A DNA stretch of 64,000 bases from an uncultured Chloroflexia bacterium (GTDB lineage Bacteria; Chloroflexota; Anaerolineae; JAAYZQ01): contig CAVOXA010000010.1 in assembly GCA_963700285.1 (NCBI GenBank), positions 896,001 to 960,000 of the forward strand, read 5' to 3'. Shown here piece by piece: positions 10,032 to 19,986 of this stretch. The first letter of the stretch is position 1; each line of letters begins with the position of its first letter. The position numbers and the translations under genes were made by a program. The notes below the pieces were generated by a model that saw only the letters and a list, made by a program, of their open reading frames with translations, had not been told where the DNA came from and did not search any database.

Positions 10032-11042
10032 CTACGTCTTGGGTGTACGAAAGAGTAGGGTTTCGAAATACTCCTCGGACAGGTGGCGGTCTCTTTGGAG
10101 CCTTTGGCGCTCCTTATACTTACTCCTCCAACCCATCAGCCCCGCAATTTGCCCTCGCAGGCGGGCGCGCGCCGCCTCGCCCCGCCAGGAGCGCAATGCG
10201 TCCAGGGTAACCCTCCACTGTGCGCCGAGTATCTGTAACCAGTATCTCTGCAGCAAGCTACTGGGATAGTTTTTGGCAATGACCCACAGCGTGTTCCTGC
10301 CAGTGTAGTAGCTGGCAATTGGACCGCCGCCGGTGGCACTCAACTTGTGATAGACCACGGCTTCTGGTGTGTACCAGCACTTCCAGCCGGCCAGTTGTGA
10401 CCGCCAGTTCAGATCCACGTCCTCACAATACATGAAAAAGGACTCGTCGAACAGACCCACATCATCCAGCATCTCCCGCCGGTAGGCCACGGCACCACCA
10501 CAGCCGCCAAAGATCCAGCCCGGTTCATCGAACTGGCCCTCGTCCTTCTGCCAGACGCCCCGGTTGAAGGGGATGCCATCGACGCCATAGCCATCTCCCG
10601 CCGAGTGGATCACGTCCCGCCGGTCAAAGAGCAACATCTTGGCTGCGGCCACGCCCGCTTCGGGATGCTCCTGTAGGGCCGTCACCAACGCCTCGACAAA
10701 GCCAGGTTCGGCCTCGGTGTCGTTATTCAGCGAGATCAAAATCTCCCCTTGGGCGGCCAAGAAGCCAGCGTTGTTTCCGCCGGTCAGTCCCAAGTTGCGA
10801 TCCAGGGCCAGCAACTGTACCTCCGGATACTGCTCTGTTACAAGTGCCTGGGACTCGTCGGTGGATCCGTTGTCCACCAGGATGACTTCCAGGTGAGAGT
10901 AGGTCTGCCTCCTCAGTGCCTCGAGGCATACCGACAGATGTTGTATACCGTTCCAATTGGGGATGACAACGGAGGCGAGAGGCGGCTCGGTTATGGGGGG
11001 GGTGTTTGCTACTTTGCCAAGACCCAATATCCTAATCCTCAA
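10032..11042 (-). CDS. GT2 glycosyltransferase (WbbL/rhamnosyltransferase-like)
   Basis: SVVIPNWNG, VDNGSTD, LNND, FDESFFMYCEDVDL; overlaps rfbD; exact start uncertain. Confidence 0.88.
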   Translation of the reverse strand: MRIRILGLGKVANTPPITEPPLASVVIPNWNGIQHLSVCLEALRRQTYSHLEVILVDNGSTDESQALVTEQYPEVQLLALDRNLGLTGGNNAGFLAAQGEILISLNNDTEAEPGFVEALVTALQEHPEAGVAAAKMLLFDRRDVIHSAGDGYGVDGIPFNRGVWQKDEGQFDEPGWIFGGCGGAVAYRREMLDDVGLFDESFFMYCEDVDLNWRSQLAGWKCWYTPEAVVYHKLSATGGGPIASYYTGRNTLWVIAKNYPSSLLQRYWLQILGAQWRVTLDALRSWRGEAARARLRGQIAGLMGWRSKYKERQRLQRDRHLSEEYFETLLFRTPKT

Positions 11043-11862
11043 AATACGCCTGCAATGCCTCTTCCCACGGCCGCAGCCTGATGCCTAGCGCCGCACCGGT
11101 GAAATTAACAATCGGTGCGTAGAGCGGGGGTGGGGCAGCCCGGGGCCAATCGTCTGTCGTGATGGCCTCGACCGGTATGTGCCCCCGACCGGATAGTTCA
11201 AGGATCTTGCAGGCCCAGTCGTGGCGCGAGCAGATGCCACTGTTCGTAAAATGATAGATGCCATAGTGCTCTGTTTCGATGAGCTGGGTGATGGCCTGGG
11301 CCAGATCCGGGGCGTAGGTTGGGGCACTCACCTCGTCGGTGACGACCTTGAGCGTACCATGCTTGTCGGCCGCGGCCATGATCTTGGTAACAAAGTTACT
11401 ACCACCCCGGGCATAGAGCCAGGCGGTGCGTACAATATAGAATCGATGATGGAGGGTACGCACGTAGAACTCACCGGCGGCTTTGGAGTGGGCATAGACA
11501 CTTTGGGGACAGGGCGTGTCCCATTCGTAGTAGGGACGGCCCATCCGGCCATCAAACACGTCGTTGGTACTGACCTGGACCATCGCAGCCCCGCTGCGCC
11601 CGCAGGCCAGCGCCATGTTCTGCGCGCCCAGGGCATTGACCCGAAAGGCCAGCTCCGGATTACCTTCACAACCATCCACATCGGTCAGGGCTGCTGCATT
11701 GATCACCACATCCGGTCGATAATCAACAACGGCATCAATGATCGACTCTGGGTCGGTGATATCTTGTTCTGGCAAGTCCACGCCCCAGAGATCATGGCCC
11801 TCCAGCGCCTCTTGAAGCGAAGTGCCCAGCTGCCCCCTGCAACCTGCGATCAGGACTCGCAT
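11032..11862 (-). CDS. rfbD: dTDP-4-dehydrorhamnose reductase
   Basis: GCRGQLG, NAAALTDVDGCE, VSTNDVFDG, YAHSKAAGE, VRTAWLY; start reassigned to ATG 11862. Confidence 0.92.
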   Translation of the reverse strand: MRVLIAGCRGQLGTSLQEALEGHDLWGVDLPEQDITDPESIIDAVVDYRPDVVINAAALTDVDGCEGNPELAFRVNALGAQNMALACGRSGAAMVQVSTNDVFDGRMGRPYYEWDTPCPQSVYAHSKAAGEFYVRTLHHRFYIVRTAWLYARGGSNFVTKIMAAADKHGTLKVVTDEVSAPTYAPDLAQAITQLIETEHYGIYHFTNSGICSRHDWACKILELSGRGHIPVEAITTDDWPRAAPPPLYAPIVNFTGAALGIRLRPWEEALQAYFED

Positions 11863-11899
11863 TGTTCCGTCATCCAATCCCCATGCCACACGGCCTTGC

Positions 11900-13795
11900 T
11901 CAGGGCACCCACGCCAGCCGCTCGCTGACAGGGTCTGGGAAGGGGTCACCGGTATCGATTATCTTCTGCACCCTGCCTGAACCGACCTCCAGAACGTACA
12001 CAGCCCAAGTCCCATCGCGGTTGGACAAAAATGCCAATCGTTTGCTATCGGGCGACCATGCTGGTGCCACATCTGCAGCGGGATGATCTGTGAGTCGGGT
12101 TTCTCGACCGGTTGCCAGTTCCACGACATAGATCTCCCAGTTCCCGGACCGTGATGAGATAAACGCTACCCTATCTCCGGCAGATGACCAGCTTGGCGCC
12201 GTATCACTGGGATGCGTGGTCAGCCGGGATGCATTCAAGTTACCGGCGGTAATGACCCACACCCCACAGTTATCTCCGCGCTGGTCGCAACCATGGTAGG
12301 CGACCCTGCTATTGTCTGAGGCCCAGGTTGGCATCTGGCCAAAGACCAACTCCTGGCCCTCACCCCGTACTTCCCCCGGCGATATGATATAGAGCCGCCA
12401 TTTTCGGTCGCCGTGCTTGTCCGATGCAAAGACAATCTGTTTGGCATCGGGTGACCAGGCTGGCGTAGAATCCTCCACGTGGGTGGTCAGCTCATGACCC
12501 TCGCCCGTAGCAGGATCCAGCAGATCCAGCCCCAGGTGATTTGGATCATGATTCTGGAAGGCGAGCCGGCTGCCTCCGCTGGCAAAGGCGGGCTGGCTGG
12601 CCATCTCTCGCAGCGTTCTTGTCTCTCCCATGGCGAGATCCACGACATAGATGTCGTATCTTTGTCGGACGGCATCATAGCTGGTGTAAGCGATTTCTCC
12701 CTTGCCTGCAGACGCGATAGGTGCGGTAGGAGCTAAGGTCACCGAAGTGGCCTGGGGAGTGACTGCCCTGTTCTCGGTAGGCCTGGCAGTCACCTGCGGG
12801 GTGGGAGTGAGTATAGGGGCTTCAGCCGTTGCTTGACACCGGAATGCGGCATCATCTCGTTTGTCAACATCCGCTTCCAGCGGAAAGACCTCCACGGCGG
12901 CTGCGTATTCTTCTGCTGCCCGGCACCAATCGCCCTCGCCGGCATACGCCTGAGCACTGAATGTGTGAGCATTGTGCAGGCGGGCTTGCACGTCCTTGTA
13001 GTCGGGTGCGAGAGCATAGAGGCCCTTTAGCGCCTGGATGGCTGCCGACCAGTCCCGCTCCCAATGGTTGAGTGCTACGGTATAGAGGCTCAAAAGGTTG
13101 AGCTGTTCCTGGGCCTTCTCATCCTCGGGGCTAAGAGCCAGCACCGCTTCAAAGTGCCCCACCGCGTCGTCCAGCAGGTTCCCTTGTACTGCATTCACTC
13201 CCAACTGAAAATGAGCGGTGGTCAACATTGTGTCCACGTTTTCACGTTGGTAATCGGCGTCGAGACTATGTAGTTCTTGAAGCACGGCGACTGCTTGGGC
13301 CAGGTCTCCACTCTCGTAGAGGGGGACGGCCTGCCGGTAGAGAAGGGCTGCCGCATCGCGTCGAGTTTCCGAGGTGGGGGTAACCTGGGCCAGCGCCATC
13401 TCTTTTGCCTCTAGCAATCGCTGCCGCAAGCCATCCAGGTCCGAATCGTGGCTCATGGCCACCTCAAACTCTGCGATGGCCAATTCATACTCCCCTTCTT
13501 CCAAATGGGCCAAGCCCAGCGCATAGTGGTTCTGGGCGATGAGGCGGTTGGCAATGGCCCGGTCCTTCAAGCCATCATAGAAGCCAATCACACCCAGCAC
13601 AAGAAGGCAGATTACCAGTGATACCATAGCCAGCGCCGCGCCGAGCATCCAAAGCCAGAGGCGCGGTCTGCGCCTGGGCGCTGGCTCGCTTTGCTTGGCT
13701 AGATCCTCAGTCGGGGGCAAGTGCACCGGCACTGGAACGGTTTCCTCGCCGGATGCCTTCGCTTTGTTCTTTCTACCGAATCGCGGTAACATCAT
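11900..13795 (-). CDS. Membrane-anchored TPR plus TolB-like (PD40) beta-propeller protein
   Basis: One TM helix, TPR-like helical repeats, Pro/Thr linker, repeated PAWSPD/PSWSS motifs; ATGA overlap with the upstream gene. Confidence 0.85.
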   Translation of the reverse strand: MMLPRFGRKNKAKASGEETVPVPVHLPPTEDLAKQSEPAPRRRPRLWLWMLGAALAMVSLVICLLVLGVIGFYDGLKDRAIANRLIAQNHYALGLAHLEEGEYELAIAEFEVAMSHDSDLDGLRQRLLEAKEMALAQVTPTSETRRDAAALLYRQAVPLYESGDLAQAVAVLQELHSLDADYQRENVDTMLTTAHFQLGVNAVQGNLLDDAVGHFEAVLALSPEDEKAQEQLNLLSLYTVALNHWERDWSAAIQALKGLYALAPDYKDVQARLHNAHTFSAQAYAGEGDWCRAAEEYAAAVEVFPLEADVDKRDDAAFRCQATAEAPILTPTPQVTARPTENRAVTPQATSVTLAPTAPIASAGKGEIAYTSYDAVRQRYDIYVVDLAMGETRTLREMASQPAFASGGSRLAFQNHDPNHLGLDLLDPATGEGHELTTHVEDSTPAWSPDAKQIVFASDKHGDRKWRLYIISPGEVRGEGQELVFGQMPTWASDNSRVAYHGCDQRGDNCGVWVITAGNLNASRLTTHPSDTAPSWSSAGDRVAFISSRSGNWEIYVVELATGRETRLTDHPAADVAPAWSPDSKRLAFLSNRDGTWAVYVLEVGSGRVQKIIDTGDPFPDPVSERLAWVP

Positions 13796-16008
13796 CCACT
13801 GCCCAGTCTGCAATCGGTTCCATACTCGGCTACTAGTCTACCATCAGGTCCTTCAACACGGAGCATCAGTTGCCCACTCTGGGGGCTGTCGTCCCCCAGG
13901 ACCGCGGAATCTCGGAAGGGACGACCCGGAACCAGGGAGACTGCCTCGCGCCAGCACTCCTGTCCATCCAGAAGCAGTATCAGATCGCCTTGCCATGGCT
14001 TGCTCGTGGTTACAGCAATCTCTGCTCGCCCATCGTTGGCCTTGAGGCCCAGTGCTATTGTATCGTTGGCAAAGTTCAGCCTGCCTAGCCCGGCGACGGG
14101 ATACCAGGTTTCGGTCCACTGTAGGTGCCCGCCTGCTGCCAGGGTTACACTATCGTCAAAGGTGGGGGCTGGCCCGCTGTGGATCTCTACGTAGCTCGAG
14201 CCATCGTCTGTCCAGTTGCCTGCAGGGATGGGGTCGTGCCAACCAAACCCAAAGCCCTTGGCTCCCCGTACCGCCTGGGCATCGTGCGGCAGAACACGGA
14301 CCACCCCCTCATCGTAGCCCTCATCGTACACAGCCATGAACCCGTCCACTGCCGGATCCTGGAAGAAGCCAAGCCAGCGGTTCCAATTGCCCAGCCGGCT
14401 CATGTCTACGCCGTTGTATACTGGCCATGACATTTGTTCGTTGTGCCCTGGCAGGGATTGATCGCCCCGGCTATGCACGGTGACGGTTGTCGCCGTATCT
14501 GGCAGGACGAAGCGCAGCTCTGCCGAGGGCGCATTCTGGCCGCCAGGGGCCAGCATGGCGTTGGTCCAGTATTTCACAGGCAAAGGGGCGCCGGTTGGAT
14601 TCTCCAGCCGGGGCCGGATCGTAAAGTAGCCCACCCCGGTCTCCAGCCTGACCTCAACCTCGGCCCGCACACGGTCGTCCGCAAAAGTGTCGCGCAGGAT
14701 GACAGTCGCACCTTTGGCATCCGGGCTGACCTGCACGGTCCAGGGTACGCCCCACTCGTAGCCGTGTTCTTCTACCGGCAGGCACCACTCGAGCCCGCCC
14801 GCCGCAAGCCACCAGCCCTGCTCGGGGGGCCCCCAGGGACTGGGTTTGAGCACCGGGTTACGATAGGTCTCCCGGTGCCCTGTAGGCTTGAAATAGACTT
14901 CGTAGAGGCGTCCACCCAACTCTGGCAAGAAAGTCAGTCGCAAGTACTCGTTCTCTAGTACGAGGCTGCGATAGACCACCTCGACCGGCGATGGGTTCGA
15001 GGCTTTGTAGGCCGCCCAATCGAGAACGGAATATGGCATGTTGAAGGCTTGGTTCCATGCCTCGGTGACGTAATCGGCGTAGGGGTAGGTCGTGATCCCG
15101 ATCTGTCTTTCGTACACACGCACGGTGGCAGGGGGCGGTGATGGCTGTGGTGTGGATGTGATGGCAACCACTGGTGACGGTGTGGGCAGGCCCGAGGAGG
15201 GTTTTGTGGGCGATGGGGTACATGCCGGCGGCAACGTCGGGACCGGCAGCCGCTGGGAAATCATGTTGTTGTCTTTCCTGCTCTCCTCGACCTGGAAAGC
15301 CGTGTCGATGATGACCCAATTCTCCCCATCTTGGCCATAGCCTTCGAACCACAAGGAGACCGTCTCTTTTGGAGCCAGTCCCGCACTCACCGTCTGTCGC
15401 GTTCCGTTCACTTCGACGACAAACTCCCCTGCGTCTGCATCTCCCATGTTCTCCACCACCACCGCGACCCCAAGCTGTGTGGAGGCATAGTCACACGCTC
15501 CCCCCGTTTCCAACTCAATCTTGATGCTCTTCATTGCGAGATCAGGGAGAGTCTCATTCGGATCAGATCTTGGGACAGTGACGGGCGCTGGGGAGGAGGG
15601 CACGCGGGCTGATGCTGCTGGGGCTGGTTTGGGTACCAACTCGCCACTGATGATTGCTTCCTCATCGGCCGAGAGATCCACAGTTTGCACCAGCGGCTCG
15701 TGACCCTCTAGCTCAACGCGGACGACATGCTGGCCAGCCGGCAGATCCAGGGAAACAGAGGTAGTACCACTGCGCAATCCATCCACATAGACACTGGCCC
15801 CATCCGGACGAACTTCCACACGCAGCCGGGCATGAATATTCCCAGCGGTTGGTGTCATGGTCAAAGTCGATCCCGCAGGTGGACTTGGCCGATTACACCG
15901 GTTCAGAATCAGGATCAATAGCAAAAAGAAGAGAGTGGCCAGGATTCTTGCGCTGATTCCCAACCACCTCTTTGGCCCAAGTAGGCCAATGCCCTTGGTA
16001 CCGTCCAT
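13792..16008 (-). CDS. Membrane-anchored PEGA + CARDB + DUF5107-like protein
   Basis: PDGASVYVDG (PEGA), PDL...VENMGDADAG...VEESRKDNN (CARDB), LENEYLRLTFLPELGGRL...GGLEW (DUF5107-like). Confidence 0.75.
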   Translation of the reverse strand: MDGTKGIGLLGPKRWLGISARILATLFFLLLILILNRCNRPSPPAGSTLTMTPTAGNIHARLRVEVRPDGASVYVDGLRSGTTSVSLDLPAGQHVVRVELEGHEPLVQTVDLSADEEAIISGELVPKPAPAASARVPSSPAPVTVPRSDPNETLPDLAMKSIKIELETGGACDYASTQLGVAVVVENMGDADAGEFVVEVNGTRQTVSAGLAPKETVSLWFEGYGQDGENWVIIDTAFQVEESRKDNNMISQRLPVPTLPPACTPSPTKPSSGLPTPSPVVAITSTPQPSPPPATVRVYERQIGITTYPYADYVTEAWNQAFNMPYSVLDWAAYKASNPSPVEVVYRSLVLENEYLRLTFLPELGGRLYEVYFKPTGHRETYRNPVLKPSPWGPPEQGWWLAAGGLEWCLPVEEHGYEWGVPWTVQVSPDAKGATVILRDTFADDRVRAEVEVRLETGVGYFTIRPRLENPTGAPLPVKYWTNAMLAPGGQNAPSAELRFVLPDTATTVTVHSRGDQSLPGHNEQMSWPVYNGVDMSRLGNWNRWLGFFQDPAVDGFMAVYDEGYDEGVVRVLPHDAQAVRGAKGFGFGWHDPIPAGNWTDDGSSYVEIHSGPAPTFDDSVTLAAGGHLQWTETWYPVAGLGRLNFANDTIALGLKANDGRAEIAVTTSKPWQGDLILLLDGQECWREAVSLVPGRPFRDSAVLGDDSPQSGQLMLRVEGPDGRLVAEYGTDCRLGSG

Positions 16009-16124
16009 GAGGCCATTATACCACGTTTGGCTTTCTTGTCCAGTCAGGGCGGAGAAGGAGAAAGCAGAACACTCTGGGCGCTCTCTGGCGGGCTGTTAAT
16101 CTGGCTCGACAGCCCGCATGGGAG

Positions 16125-18122
16125 CTATGGCCCGTAAGTGACCACCAATACCGGTACATTGCCGGTACCAAAATAGTTATTTCCGGGCTCCATGCTGGCG
16201 TAATCTTCCAGATTGTCGCCGTCGGTTTCCTGTACCCAGCGCAGGCGTACCTGGAATTGATCCCGACCCGCGGACAGGTCCTGCCCAATCCAGCCGGCAA
16301 TGGTCGGGTCAGTGACGATGTACCAAGTACCGGGCGATGGTTGCCGGGCCATTGTGGCCGAACCTAAGGGTTGGGCATCGTATGCGGCACGGCCCAGGTT
16401 GGAACCATAGCTCACGTGCTCCAGGACGAGGTTCCCCAGCTTCTGGTAGGGATCGCCTTCTACCTTTGCTTGAAAGAAGCGTAGCTCGGCCGCCTCAATG
16501 GAAGCTCCACTGGGGATATCGGAAAGGTCAAAACTCATAAACCCACGCCAGACCTTCTCGTCCCCCGGGCCTGCCTGTCCGCCATTGCCGACGATGATGT
16601 CTTGGCCAGTGCCACCGCCACCGCTACTTCCCCGGTAGCCGTCCAGAGCCGGATCGCTCTGCACGGTGACAGTCCCAGGGCCGGGGGGCCCTGGCATGAC
16701 CTGTACCATGCTCACAAGTTTGTTATTGCCCTTGTCTGTCTCGGCAACTTCTTTGCCGGTGTCTGCCCGCGCTACGGTGGCCAGGTTGGCCTGGGCCTTG
16801 TCTGGCCGCCAGCGAACCACGACCACGGTTGCCTGACCCGGGTCCAAGCCTCCCAGTCGCCCGCCAAAGTGAGTGTCCTGGTCTGCCTGCCAGTCCCAAT
16901 TGAAGGCCCCTGCTGCTCCCGGGCCCGCGTTCCGAATTGTGATCCCTACTTCGGTATCCTGCGCCTGAATAGGAGGATTGGGTGCAAAGCTGACAGACTC
17001 TACAACCAGGTCCGCAAGCTCACCGCTGACCACGACCGTGGTCGCAGCCGTCGTTGTACCTCCCGGCCCCTTGGCTGTGAGTACATAGGTCGTCGTTTGA
17101 GTTGGACAGACCTCACTGCTGCCTGGTGTGCCCACGCCTGCGAGACCCGGCTCAATCCCCGCTTCGGTGGCATCGGTTACTTTTCCCCATTCCAGCATCG
17201 TACACTCGCCTGCACTTATGGCCTGGGGATTGGCCCGAAAGTACTCGATCCGGGGAGTACCTGGCTCTGCGGTGGGAGTCGAGGTTACCTCTGTCGTAGG
17301 TGTGCTCGGTGCAGTTGCGCTTGGCAGAACCCCGCCCCCGGTCGGCACAGCATCAATCTCTACCGACTCGGTCTTGCTCGTCTTGCCTTCAGCCGTAAAG
17401 GCCACAGCCGAAACGACGTGCTGGCCTGTCTCGAGAAACGTCCATCGTTTGTTCACGGTCAAAGTGGATCTACCATCCGGATCCGGACTGCTTGCTGTCG
17501 CGACCAGACTCCCGTCTACGCTCAACTCCAGGAGGGTGATATTGCTCGTGCCACTGGCCGTGGCCTGGAGGATCACCTCTCTTCCTTCGACCACCTGGGC
17601 GCCAGCAGGCGGTGACTGGAGCACTACGGTGGGCACACCCTTCCCGCGACCCAGAAGAAGCACCCCCAAAAGAACCAGACAGGCCACTGTAATTCCGGCC
17701 AGAAGGGCAAGAATAATGCCTGGCAGAACGAATTTGTTAGGCTGGGCGGTCATCTGGCTGCCATCGATAGAAGGGGCAAAGCTTCCAGGAACCAGTGTAG
17801 CTGTCTGTTGCGCCCGCTCCAACTTTATATCTATGCGTGTGTTTCCTACCCGCACAACATCACCATGGCACAGGGGCTGGGGCTCGACGATACGACGTTC
17901 ATTCACGTACGTGCCGTTGGTGCTGCCCATATCCTGGATGACAAAGATATCAAGGTCTGCCTGCCAAAAGATGGTGGCGTGATAGCCAGACACTTCAGGA
18001 TCCGCGAGTACGAGGGTGTTACCGGCCCCGCGGCCGATCGTGACAGGCTGTTGTGTCAGGGGGAAGACCTGGCCCGTATGCTGGATGATCAGCGCCGGGC
18101 CAAACGCTTCGTCGTAGCTCAT
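16125..18122 (-). CDS. FHA domain + TM helix + extracellular Ig-like/CARDB/DNRLRE-like protein
   Basis: IGR...VSGYHA...DMGSTNGTYVN is an FHA motif set; TM ILALLAGITVACLVLLGVLLL; CARDB ADLVV...ETDKGNN; FMSFDLSDIPSGASIEAAELR. Confidence 0.82.
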   Translation of the reverse strand: MSYDEAFGPALIIQHTGQVFPLTQQPVTIGRGAGNTLVLADPEVSGYHATIFWQADLDIFVIQDMGSTNGTYVNERRIVEPQPLCHGDVVRVGNTRIDIKLERAQQTATLVPGSFAPSIDGSQMTAQPNKFVLPGIILALLAGITVACLVLLGVLLLGRGKGVPTVVLQSPPAGAQVVEGREVILQATASGTSNITLLELSVDGSLVATASSPDPDGRSTLTVNKRWTFLETGQHVVSAVAFTAEGKTSKTESVEIDAVPTGGGVLPSATAPSTPTTEVTSTPTAEPGTPRIEYFRANPQAISAGECTMLEWGKVTDATEAGIEPGLAGVGTPGSSEVCPTQTTTYVLTAKGPGGTTTAATTVVVSGELADLVVESVSFAPNPPIQAQDTEVGITIRNAGPGAAGAFNWDWQADQDTHFGGRLGGLDPGQATVVVVRWRPDKAQANLATVARADTGKEVAETDKGNNKLVSMVQVMPGPPGPGTVTVQSDPALDGYRGSSGGGGTGQDIIVGNGGQAGPGDEKVWRGFMSFDLSDIPSGASIEAAELRFFQAKVEGDPYQKLGNLVLEHVSYGSNLGRAAYDAQPLGSATMARQPSPGTWYIVTDPTIAGWIGQDLSAGRDQFQVRLRWVQETDGDNLEDYASMEPGNNYFGTGNVPVLVVTYGP

Positions 18123-18195
18123 TCTGTATTCCTTTCCGGCCAGCAAGATCTGCCGTGGCCGTATCGCACTTGCTCATGGGACAGGCAATGCCTAT

Positions 18196-19734
18196 CTACC
18201 AACAGGAGTGGGAAGCGGATGAGCAAGTCAATGTGCCTTCATTGTTGCTCTTATCACTCTCGGTGATAAGGTTCGCGGGGTCGATTACCACGAGGATCGT
18301 GTGCTCACCTGCCACGACAAAATCTGTCCAGAAAACCATGCTGCCTATGGCAGGCGTATTGAAGGAACCTGAGGCAGCCTGAGTACCATCCTGGTAGAGC
18401 AGGTAGTCAAACGTAGGTACAGTGATCCGGCCACCAGGATTGGAGACACGCATGACGACTCGATCGTCAAAGTGAAGGTAGAATTCCTGGAGTATCAAGT
18501 CGCCCAGGGACGTCTGGGTGACCTCGGTATCTATCCGCAGTTCGTTGTCGCCTTCGTTTGTTTCGGTTATTTCATTGTTAATATCTACTCGCGCCACCGT
18601 CGGTAGACTGTCGTAGGCATCGCTGGGGCGCCAGACAGCCGCTACTACAGTACTTTGACCTGCATTCAGCCCGTCGGGCAATCGGCCTCCGATGGGGGGC
18701 TCGGATCCTGGTTGCCATTCCCAGGAAAACGGCCCCGCGTCCCCTCCTCCTGCATTACGAATGGCGATCCTGACCTCGTTGTCCTGTCCCTGAACCGGTG
18801 GGGCCGGGATGAAGGCGATGGACTCGATGGTCAGGTTGGGTATCGTCGTGCTGATGGTGACTGTGACCGTAGACGTGACGGTACCGCCCAGTCCATTGGC
18901 GGTCAGGACATAGCTGGTTGTCTTGGTGGGACATATTTCCATGCTGCCTGGGGTGCCCACACCACCGATCTCTTGGTCGATAATCGCCTCATAGGCATTG
19001 GTCACGGCCCCCCATTCCAAAAGGGCGCATTGGCCAGGGACAATGTTCTCCGGTTTGATGCGAAAGTACTCGATGTCCGGCAAAGTTATGGTTGGGGTGG
19101 CAGAAGGGGTAGGAGTAAGGGTGTCGGTCGGCACGGGAGTCGGCGTCGCCGTGCCGGTTGGTGTGACAGTAGGCGTCGCAGTGGGGGTCGGAGTGGCAGT
19201 TGGGACTGGTGTATCGGTCGGCTGGGGCGTGTCAACGGGTGACGGGGTGATCTGTGGGGTCTGCAGGACCGGAACAGTCGGAGTATTACTGGGTACCGAA
19301 GCGGGGACCTGGCCCACGACCACAACCTCTACGAATGTGGGAGTGCCCGATTTTTCTCGGGCCGTATAGGCCGAGGCAGTTACAATGTGAGAGCCAGCTA
19401 GCGAAAATGTCCACGGCTCACTTACGGTGAGTGATGCGCTTCCCGCCGAGTCGGGGCTGGTAGCCAAGCCTACCAGGATATCGTCAACGTACACTTCCAG
19501 CCGTACAATATCTCGCACGCCTGTGCCAGTGGCCACTAGGAGCACCTCGTCGCCAACGGTGATCCGCACGCCTGCCTCGGGTGATTGGATTGTGACAACG
19601 GGCCCGCTGCCCTCCAGGAATGGCTGTACCACAAGGGTGGCAATGGCCAGGCACGCGATCAAGAGGGCAGCAGCCGCCAGGCCTAGGGCGATGGGCAAAG
19701 ACCAGGACTGCTGGCGCTTGGGCTGGTTCTTCAT
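18196..19734 (-). CDS. Membrane-anchored Ig-like/CARDB protein with long PT repeats
   Basis: TM helix, PVVTIQSP Ig-like domain, (TP)n linker, two CARDB-like ends (ETNEGDN, ESDKSNN); paralogous to 16125-18122; start taken as ATG 19734. Confidence 0.78.
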   Translation of the reverse strand: MKNQPKRQQSWSLPIALGLAAAALLIACLAIATLVVQPFLEGSGPVVTIQSPEAGVRITVGDEVLLVATGTGVRDIVRLEVYVDDILVGLATSPDSAGSASLTVSEPWTFSLAGSHIVTASAYTAREKSGTPTFVEVVVVGQVPASVPSNTPTVPVLQTPQITPSPVDTPQPTDTPVPTATPTPTATPTVTPTGTATPTPVPTDTLTPTPSATPTITLPDIEYFRIKPENIVPGQCALLEWGAVTNAYEAIIDQEIGGVGTPGSMEICPTKTTSYVLTANGLGGTVTSTVTVTISTTIPNLTIESIAFIPAPPVQGQDNEVRIAIRNAGGGDAGPFSWEWQPGSEPPIGGRLPDGLNAGQSTVVAAVWRPSDAYDSLPTVARVDINNEITETNEGDNELRIDTEVTQTSLGDLILQEFYLHFDDRVVMRVSNPGGRITVPTFDYLLYQDGTQAASGSFNTPAIGSMVFWTDFVVAGEHTILVVIDPANLITESDKSNNEGTLTCSSASHSCW

Positions 19735-19986
19735 ACTACACCATTTCTCAGATTCCCCGGCTTCAAATACATACCATTCGATCAATAGGTACCGGGGGAC
19801 AATGGGCGGCAGTATAGCACAGCCTGGCATCCAGGGCAAGTCATCAAGCTATCAACTTGCTCACCGGAAGCCAAAGGCTCTGGGCACTGGGATGGGTTGG
19901 GGACAGTCAGGTATGCAACAGAATCATAGCAAAGCTGGGTCCCACGGGATCCCCTACCTTGCGTCCGAAAGACCGCCGCTGGCTGG

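Noticed and set aside
19085-19260. Low-complexity GGTGT/GGAGT repeats
   Set aside because: They encode the (Thr-Pro)n linker on the minus strand.
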